Positions 50,101 through 57,663 of a stretch of DNA of 57,663 nt are shown here, in pieces; the first letter of the stretch is position 1; the number at the start of each line of letters is the position of its first letter. The translations under genes were made by a program, and so were the position numbers. The notes under the pieces were generated by a model. The model made no database searches, had not been told where the DNA came from, and saw only the letters and a program-made list of their open reading frames with translations. The stretch comes from Phoronis australis (Eukaryota; Animalia; Phoronida). The stretch lies in the NCBI GenBank assembly GCA_002633005.1, contig NMRA01000064.1, forward strand, positions 1,111,536 to 1,169,198, written 5' to 3'.

Positions 50101-51447
50101 TGGCAAGTCTACCGTTTATCGTTTGGTAGTGTCCAATTCTTCTTAGAACGTTTAGTTGCTGTGAAGCTCTTTGCAAATGTCCGAAATACGAGAGTAAAAA
50201 GTTAGATTGGTATAAATGGCTATTCCTAGGAGCTTAACTTTCGGTTCACAGGGTATTTCACAATTTCCAATGGAGAGAGTTTTACAAAATGTGTTCATTT
50301 TTCCCTATGCCGATTGATTGGAATTTGTCAGGATTTGCTTGCATGCCATTTACAACGAACCAGTTGATGACTGATTCGCTATCTTGTCTTAGTGTTTCAG
50401 TGACGGAGAGTGGGTTGTTGTCAAAGAAGAAGAGGGTGTTGTCATCTCCGTAGTTGACCAGTGTAGATTTTTTCACAAAGACGAAGATGTCATTGATGAA
50501 GATATTGAAGAGAAGGGGTCCCAGGATGCATCCTTGGGGTACTCCCTTGTATACTTTGCCCCATTTACTGGAGTGTTGGCCTATTTTCACTTGTTGTTTC
50601 CTGTTGGAGAGATAATTCCCAAGGAGGGCTAGGGCATTGTCATCAAATTTGTAAGGTTTAAGTTTGGAGATCAGAAGGGAGTGAGGGAGAGTCAAAAGCT
50701 TTAGAAAGATCCATGAGTACTGCTGCAGTGTATTTTTGTTCATCTAGGGCTTTGCGCCTGCCCGAGAGTCTCAGTTGATGATTGATTATGAATGAAAACG
50801 ACAAAATGAAGAAAACAATGCTTCATTTGATAAGTAACACTCCATCAAAATGCAGTCGAGCAGACTAGCGGAAATTCACTGTGCAAATTCTCGCGGTCAG
50901 TCCTGTAAAACCTCGAGGTTACAAGCTCTAGCACTAGAATGCATGGATCACGCGCTTTCCATCCATACAGTTCTGCGGTAGGAACGAGCCTACCAAATCG
51001 CAGTATGATCCTGCAACAGGTTTAGGAGATACACCCGATGCCCAGTCAGAGATGGCGGCAATAAGTATGCATATGACAAATTGGTTACTTACATGACTTT
51101 AAATCCCTGGGAAAACATCCACACATGGCGATCTTTGACGACTGAGACAATGCCACTTGCCCATGAGATGGTGATAAGTCACAGTCAAATATAAGAGTTA
51201 AGTTGTATTCGTCGATATTTGATGCAGGATCCACGGTTGTAGGAATAGCTTTAATTGCACTTGCACTGGTCGAAGTATCCTCAGGTAGTGTTAAATTTAA
51301 CGTCTTGGGAAGAACGATGTGTTTTGTTTGTTCCTCGTCTTTGGGGTCGACGTGTGCTCGCTTGTACAATACAGCAAATTGTAAGGATAGGTATGTTAAT
51401 AATATCGACGCCAATATTTTGATTTTGTGCCGTATTAATTTCTTCAT
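38144..51447 (-). CDS. B4GALT-like: GT7 beta-1,4-galactosyltransferase-like gene, copy B (six exons; last exon apparently truncated)
   Basis: Exons of 355, 230, 188, 123 and 105 bp splice in frame and carry PYRDR, DXD, GGV, WGWGGEDDN and MxxH. The candidate last exon gives RWLLLDVSD then TGA, a 342 aa product. Confidence 0.9.
38462..38566 (-). CDS. B4GALT-like: GT7 copy B coding exon 5 (metal-binding flexible loop; absent from the ORF track)
   Basis: Acceptor tatttttAG, donor GTGAGC, phase 2-2. Encodes (R)VARQRIKVESPPWGLAKYHMLEHSHDDGNPANRD(R), matching the family motif GRYxMxxHxxDxxNxxNxxR. Confidence 0.9.
38963..40455 (+). mobile_element. THAP-bearing DNA transposon, PIF/Harbinger-ISL2EU-like (AT TSD), in intron 4 of GT7 copy B
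   Basis: AT|AGCGGAGTTGCAAC ... GTTGCAACTCCGCT|AT. Decayed THAP at about 39067-39310: GGYTCCVPG/CYNTS*RNKKFSYYLFPKDQELR*TWVRDIGR...KVCSAHFEGG...PTI. Confidence 0.75.
39339..40139. other. Assembly gap (801 N)
   Basis: Run of N. Confidence 1.
41338..41460 (-). CDS. B4GALT-like: GT7 copy B coding exon 4 (catalytic WGWGGEDD loop; absent from the ORF track)
   Basis: Acceptor ttttccAG, donor GTCAGT, phase 2-2. Encodes (K)PIWNAFIGGVAVFSKETYTRVNGFPNSMWGWGGEDDNMYR(R). Confidence 0.95.
42701..42888 (-). CDS. B4GALT-like: GT7 copy B coding exon 3 (DXD motif)
   Basis: ANPKIFNKGRLMNAGF...FHDIDLLPEDERN, bounded by AG and GTAAGT; 188 bp, as in copy A. Confidence 0.95.
43249..44660 (-). mobile_element. Non-autonomous Helentron-like (HINE) element with both ends, specific to copy B intron 2
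   Basis: Hairpin CAACGC-GAA-GCGTTG at one end and a subTIR/IR stem gtgcgtccaca..tgtgagcgcat at the other. Internal CCACTAG tandem units. The empty site is at about 1285-1292 in copy A. Confidence 0.75.
45388..45633. mobile_element. MITE, CATGCGCGCACCCAG TIR family
   Basis: cattcgcgcacccatggg at the left end and ctgggtgcgcgcatg at the right. Confidence 0.75.
45839..46167 (+). mobile_element. hAT-like MITE (CAGTGGCGGAT...ATCCGCCCCTG), 5 bp TSD AACAA, with a nested CATGCGCG MITE (45936-46104)
   Basis: TIRs and flanking AACAA are visible; homologous to 14059-14489. Confidence 0.75.
46782..47011 (-). CDS. B4GALT-like: GT7 copy B coding exon 2 (absent from the ORF track)
   Basis: Acceptor ttttatAG, donor GTATGT. 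Encodes YTPFAESGQERSYKALRKKHPSVKNGQWNPTDCVPRHKVAVVVPYRDR...FVVEQ. Confidence 0.93.
49560..50765 (-). mobile_element. CR1/L2-group LINE 3' fragment in intron 1 of copy B
   Basis: GVPQGCILGPLLFNIFINDIF, YGDDNTL, NGMQANPDKFQ, ASQQLNVLRRI, SFRFKAARVWNSLP and C-terminal CSCSLC. Confidence 0.92.
51093..51447 (-). CDS. B4GALT-like: GT7 copy B coding exon 1
   Basis: MKKLIRHKIKILASILLTYLSLQFAVLY...CGCFPRDLKS, donor GTAAGT at 51092. Collinear with 7543-7897. Confidence 0.85.
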
Positions 51448-51493
51448 CCTGAAAGAGAAAAGCCTGAAAGTATATGAAGCATTGAGATTTAGT

Positions 51494-51890
51494 TGTGGAC
51501 CTTAACAAAACAGACAATTGTCAAGCTAAGAACAACAGAGAGCAATGGAGAGAAAAATGCTTGGAATAAAGCTACTAGACAGGAGTCCACTCACAGAGAT
51601 AAGGGAACACACAGGAGTCATGGACATAATCAAGACAATTCTGAAATTGAAATGGAGGTGGGGCGGACACGTCGCCAGAGCACAGGACAACAGATGGACA
51701 AAAATATGCACAGAGTGGCAACTCAGATATGGAAAGTGATCAAGAGGACGGCCCCAAGCCAGATGGAGAGATGACATCGTGAAGACGAGAGGCACAACGT
51801 GGATGAGAGCGGCAAGAGACAGAACAAATCGGAAGGCACTGTCGGAGGGCTACATCCTGCAGTGGATGAACAATGCCTAGAGTCAGAGTC
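51494..51890 (+). mobile_element. RTE-clade LINE 3' fragment just upstream of the copy B start codon
   Basis: WTLTK...MERKMLGIKLLDR...LKWRWGGHVARAQDNRWTK...RGRPQARWRDDI, ending in a short (AGAGTC)n tail. Confidence 0.9.
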
Positions 51891-54800
51891 AGCATCCGCG
51901 CAGTGTCTGACTGGTTATACGAACATTTGGACAACGTCCTGCAGGATGATTTGGACAACGGGCGCCTATCTCATGATTGAAGGCGTAAAGACGATCCCTT
52001 TGCTGGCAAATTACTACTGATAGAGAACTAGACAACATTAGTAACTACCTCAACATATAACATCACTGGGGCTCCACGAAGTAGAACACCGTGGAGCCTC
52101 TAAAGAGGGTCGCTCCGACATCAATGCAATATTATGGATAAAGGTACATCGCATCATACCAGTGAAAATACGGAAGAAAAGTAATTACATCAAAGTGTAA
52201 GTGAAAGTTGGTTAACTATGAAAAGAACTTAGAAGTTCGAGACACTTTTTGTGTCAAGTGTCCTGCTCCACCACACAGCCATATATTATCTTGCATTTTT
52301 CCCTCCGATTACATCTGTAATTATATGCATCAACGTCTGAGACGTAGTCAAACCTGGTAATAGAACCACTTACAATTAGATGTCCTTGAGGAATGTTAAT
52401 GATCCTTGGAGATCACGCGACTTCGTTGAGAACTGTGCAGTTCATTCTCAAAGTGCAGCAAAGCCGACGTTCAACAGCACATTACACACAGGAGTCACGT
52501 GAGGGTGTATGCTGATGGATGTGGTGGTGGCTTATCAGTTTAGTGGCGTACAACTGTATCAAGTTGGTCCATCGAAATTGGAAACCCAGTATAAAACAGA
52601 TATCTCGGAGTAGAAAACTGACTCCCGCACCTTCAAAACAAATAACCAGCCTGAAAAACACGAACCCCGACTTGTTTCAAAAAACGGGAACCCCGGGGAT
52701 CGGACAGGACACCCGGGGACCGAAACAACACTCCTGCATGCGTCGAGCTTGGAAATTCCGATCCCAAATTCCGGAAATTTTGTTGAAAATAATGCACTCT
52801 CAACTCGTAAATCGACGAAACCTAAAAGCCGGTCAGTTGTAAAGTTATTTAAAGGAATTAACAATAACCCTAGAAAACCGAAATATTATTTGTGTTTTTC
52901 ATTTTTGAAAATATATTTGGAGAAATTTTTGTATAATCTGAAATTAACTAAACTTTCACCGAGATAACAACGTGTTGAGAGTATAGATTATGTTGAATTT
53001 GCCCAAAGACAAGTTGCAGGAGTTTTACCGATAAAAGCAAATAACAAGGCAATATAATATAAGTTACGTTTGTTATATTATTGAAAATTTTTAACAAACA
53101 AATGCAAAAAGCAAATGGAAAGTACTTGAAATACTTTAACTCAAGTTATGAATACGTGGGCGCATTAAATAAAAAGTAAGCACAGTTACTTGTTTACACT
53201 GACTGCATTACTGTTGAAGTGCGTGGGTACTGAAAAATAAGGTGCACATTAGCCTACGGAGAACGTTGACCGCTGTGCGGTTCCGTAACATTTGTGACCT
53301 GTTTAGATTTTCAGATGTGGAGAACACTGGCCATAAATAGATTAACAACTCCGGTCTGCCGCTTGTGAGTGAGATCGCGGAGTAGGTTTGCGACAACTGA
53401 CCCCTTGGCCCTTATTCACTTTCAATGGACTACGTGGCCAGTTGCTTTCAAGCGTAATTTGAACCAATGAAAACTTTGTTTACGATGTTGATGCTTTTTT
53501 TGCCAAGTGGTGGCTAGTTTTTATCGGTCGTGGGACATTTAATCAAGTCGGGAGTGCTGCCAAACTGATCGCTGCGAAAGTACAGACAAAAATAAATATA
53601 CGATAATATAACAACAATAAAATTTGTAAATGAATAGTAATAGTAAATATAAGTATCTTTTAGATCTAAATGTATTTAAACTTAAGTCAACTGCAGAAAG
53701 AAATGAAAGAAAATAGTTGGAAGCGTCAATGCGCTTAGAATAAACTTATCAGTAGTTCCCATGACGATTGTTCGCCTGGTCTAAAACTTTTCAGACCCTA
53801 TCATAAACAATAGTTAACTACAATAAGTACCAGGCTAATTGCTGACACAATCAGACCCATACTCCAAAACCACTCATGAATGGATGGAATTACTTTTGAC
53901 CAGATGCATCAGTTTAATAAACAATGAATTTGGACAGTTTATAACCAAGCTTTCAGTGGTAAATGCGAACACCGGGGATAATATAGATGAACAAGTGAGA
54001 CAACTGAAAACACGAAATACCAGTTTTAACATAAGATACTCAGAATCGCACAAAGCATTGTACAACGTCAATGGACAATTTTCAAAACCCACAGATCAAA
54101 TCAGCCTTGTTTGGGTTTGCCTTATTCTATTCTAACACGATACATGAGTGGAGTTTGCTATCAGTTAGGTTATAACGAGTAAGAAGAATATGGAGTTTTT
54201 TAGACAAACGACCTTATCATCTTGAACCAACCGGCCTGATGATGAGACTTTGGAATTCTATAAGGCACCTTCGATGTACCCTTCGACAACAGTTGAACCG
54301 GTCATACATGTATACAGAAACCAGTTTCAGTAGTAAGCAGACTCATTAAACGGTGGCGATGTCTTCATCGAAATAACCGCAAAATGGCTGGTGCAGAAAG
54401 AAATAGATTGTCGAGAAATGGCGGATTTGCGTCCCGTGCACGTTAAGAGATTTTTAAGGGTGACAAGTTGAGAACATTTAGTTTATAATTGACATGAAGA
54501 TTATTTTTTCTAATTCGACTGATAGATGGTGATTATTTGAGCAAATTGTTAGCACATATTAGGGACGAACGACGTACCTTACCCTTTGTTGACGATAGCA
54601 ATGGCCCCCGGCCTAACGTCGATGAGACCGAAGTTATTATTCAGCACGCACCGCAGCGTCGACGCTCCGGGTTGTTAAGTCCACCTGTAATATGAAACAT
54701 GACATAATGTTTACCTTCTGTTATCAAACTATAAACTATAAACCTTTTTGAGCACAATTTTGTACCTCGGCCGAGATCAGAAAATTATCATATTCCCGTG

Positions 54801-54949
54801 CATTTCCGTGACGGACCTGAGTTCCCTGGCAAATTAAGGAACGATACCTGAACGACGGCCATGTTGTCCTTGAAAACGTATTGATTGTTATTTTGTTTGA
54901 TTGTTTTTGATTCTCATTTTGGTTCTTTTTATAAAAAATATGATTATTT

Positions 54950-55810
54950 AGTGCCATTTTGTATCTGTTCTTTGCATATGACGAGTGGTATTTACTTTGG
55001 AGACTTTCTCGCCTACAATGGTCACCGCTCAGTGTGATTCCCGTTGCCCCATGACGTTTAATCGCTTCAATAAGTCGGGCTTCATAGGCTTTCTCTTTCT
55101 GTTTAAACAGATCACGGAAAATTTTTACTTTGTACATGTTAAGGTAAAAGACAGAAAAGTTTTTACGAAACAGTTTTAAAGACCATATTTTTGCTCGTTT
55201 GGCCGAAGCCAATTCATCATCCCACCAGGGTGGCTGCTTTGTCCGAGAGTTTTGATTTACTTTAGTCTTACTATTCGTAGATGTACGAGTTTTCATGGTA
55301 GATACGGCCGACTGCCACAGCAAATCTGTTATGGATCTGACCGCATTATCTAGATTGCCACTAGCCACCGAGCTATCCACGGCCGCCGTACAATTCTCAG
55401 CACCAGTTGAAAAAACATGAGAGAATGCTGTGTTCATGAGAGGTCTGAGGCGACCGTAGCGTTCTCAACGTCAACGGTCGTATGCATGTAGACGCACAAC
55501 TCCTTTAGGATCAAAACTGCGTTTTGCCTTTGTAAACAAATATCCACGCGGTTGTGCGGTTCCAAGGTGGTTCTGTTAAATCTTTTTTTCGCTACGCAGT
55601 GTATATTTTGTATTTGAATTTCCTCGAGAATGAAGATAAGGTATTTTTCTAAACACATGTGAAATGTTGTAAAAATGGCCATTTTTGTGAATAAGGTTTG
55701 AGATAACCTTAAAATACAGACATCTACTTTTAGACGAAACCACTGGGAACAAGGGGCTCGAAAGTGAAGACTCACCCAGGAGTTCTTCCGGCATGTGGCG
55801 TGTCAGTCAG
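54950..55810 (-). mobile_element. Degenerate LINE ORF2 fragment (endonuclease-RT linker)
   Basis: PPWWDDELASAKRAKIWSLKLFRK...YK..FRDLFKQKEKAY is typical of non-LTR ORF2 linkers; the upstream frames are decayed. Confidence 0.65.
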
Positions 55811-56081
55811 GGTAAACAAATTGTTGCTGCATATGAAAGCAAAATTGTGACAGCAAAAGGAAAAAAAACAACAGCCAGTGAAGTCAAAGAATGATGATGA
55901 GCTTGCCCTTGGGGATAGTTAGGAGTGCGACAACACCATACACGAGATGATTCAAAGATTTCCACTCATGAAGGTCTGGGATCTTTGTCGACTTTGTTCA
56001 TGTTGTGTTTTCTTACATCAGTAAAAAACTGTTGATGCATGCAACGCATCAATCACAGGGCTGGTAAAGGTCTTGCTTGCT

Positions 56082-57100
56082 CAGGGCTCGACATAACGAG
56101 CTGCAGGTCGCATTTGTGACCTTAAATTTGGAAATGCGAGCTGAGATTTTTGCCAGCTCGTATCAAGTCTCAAAATGAGAACTTGCATTTCTAACGTTTG
56201 CGAGCTGAGTTTTCACACTTCGCGGCAGATACCCGGCAAATAAATCGTCACACGACAGCCTGTTCCGTTGTTCCTCGGGTCGATATTCTATGTCTGTAAA
56301 CAGCTATTCGGCAACTAAACCTGGAAAAGCGAAATTGTGGATAGCGAACTTTTTTTTCTTCTCTTCATACGCTCTCTCCCAATTTTTCGTTCCCCGGACC
56401 ACGTAGTAAAATCAATTTTCAATCTCCAACAGAAAGAATTTTGTTCCGGCTGAAGCGGGCAATGAAAAACAAAATTATTGTGGGTGGCTAAAAAGGGTAC
56501 AGTGTAGGTAGTAACGATAGCCAGAAAGTCATCCCTACTAGATAGAGTTTGCCACGCAAAATCGTATTATAATAACATTTGTTATTATTGCAGTCTTTCA
56601 GTATCTTATTACCGCAAACACTCAGCCTGGGGTTAACAACTATGCTCACGCATGCGCCTACTCCCTACCTTAGAAGTGTTTCATAGTAAGCGCTCACTGC
56701 ACCTAAGCGTTCCCCCTCAACTTTGAGTTTTTCAAATTAAGCACCCACAGTTCTGACTAGCTCCCATCATAGGGCACTACAAACGACCGTGCGCGTTGTT
56801 TGAAATTAACACGCAGCCTACTGGTGAGTTACTCTCATTTTACACAACAAAAAATTCAGTTTTCAAAAACCGTCCTTTCTCAATATATTAAAACCAAACC
56901 CCAACGTTTTTATATCTTCGACTGGTGACCTGCGTGTCGTTTTGTGACTGACCTATTTTCCCGCGTTTTGACTCGTAAACATGGCGGGAAACTTTTGCGA
57001 CTTGGCATTTATGAATGTGATCTGGATTTTGAAAATGCGACTTGGGATTTTGGGTTGGTCGCATAATGCGACCTGGCGATTTTCATAACGTCGAGCCCTG
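56082..57100. mobile_element. 1.0 kb hAT-like non-autonomous element, TIR CAGGGCTCGAC, 5 bp TSD TTGCT
   Basis: TTGCT|CAGGGCTCGAC ... GTCGAGCCCTG|TTGCT, with subterminal GGTCGCA...TGCGACC palindromes at both ends. Confidence 0.8.
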
Positions 57101-57470
57101 TTGCTGTAGTCTCACTTTGTTTTATTGCCATGTGGTCATACTACGTCGATTTCTTAGTTCCTGGACGAAGCTCCACAACATACACACACACACTCCCTTG
57201 TGACACGAAGCACTGGTACTACTCTTTATGAAGACGTGGATGTTAACACCCTGAAGGACTCGTCGTGTGGTTACAGTTCAACAGAAAGAAATCAACGCAT
57301 TCAGTTATACATGTTTGTTAGGCTAAATCTCACAAAGAAATCATGAAAAAAAGGTGAAATATAATTAATAATCAACCCATCAACTAATTTAAGGTCCGTA
57401 TTATTCTGAAAATATTGACAAAATACCGTAACTTGAACGACTATTCAACTTGCCAATGCAGAGAAAATAG

Positions 57471-57525
57471 TGCGTTCACGATCGCTTTTTTGCGTTCACG
57501 ATCGCTTTTTTGCGTTCACGATCGC
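57471..57525. repeat. 20 bp tandem repeat, about 2.7 copies (TGCGTTCACGATCGCTTTTT)
   Basis: Directly visible in the sequence. Confidence 0.9.
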
Positions 57526-57663
57526 CATAGAGAATTGTCGACTTCTTTCCCGACCGCCGTCTCACAGAAAGACCTGTTTGCATTGGTAACTATCTCACAT
57601 TGTTTCACAAATCATAACTAACAAAGGTGTCACCAGGGACAATTAAATTATAAACGGCACACG

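Larger units (their letters stand above)
42040..52560 (+). repeat. Segmental duplication arm B
   Basis: Direct-orientation homology to 1-8725, interrupted by copy-specific transposon insertions. Confidence 0.92.

Noticed and set aside
53839-54135. 98 aa ORF
   Set aside because: Non-ATG start, no recognisable motif and no convincing splice context.

Overview
AT-rich, intron-containing animal genomic DNA, probably from a marine invertebrate; the species cannot be determined from sequence. The window holds two tandem minus-strand paralogues of a GT7 (beta-1,4-galactosyltransferase / bre-4-like) glycosyltransferase about 42-44 kb apart. Copy A has three coding exons here (7543-7897, 2005-2234, 752-939) and runs off the left edge. 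Copy B has five clean GT-AG, phase-compatible exons (51093-51447, 46782-47011, 42701-42888, 41338-41460, 38462-38566); its apparent last exon (from 38171) hits a stop after 9 codons and lacks the DGL motif. Both copies have Lys at the bovine B4GalT1 Arg228 position and copy B has Phe at the Tyr289 position, which hints at altered sugar-donor specificity. The rest is mostly transposon debris: five LINE fragments, THAP-bearing TTAA-flanked Kolobok-like elements forming a 1.7 kb inverted repeat, a THAP/ISL2EU-like element spanning an 801-N gap, a P-like element with an 8 bp TSD, hAT-like MITEs with 5 bp TSDs, Helentron-like elements carrying CTCF-like motif arrays, a Tc1/mariner remnant and minisatellites. 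Degenerate coding-like stretches lie between the two paralogues. I found no convincing new multi-gene system, CRISPR array or RNA gene. All alignments and translations were done by eye.
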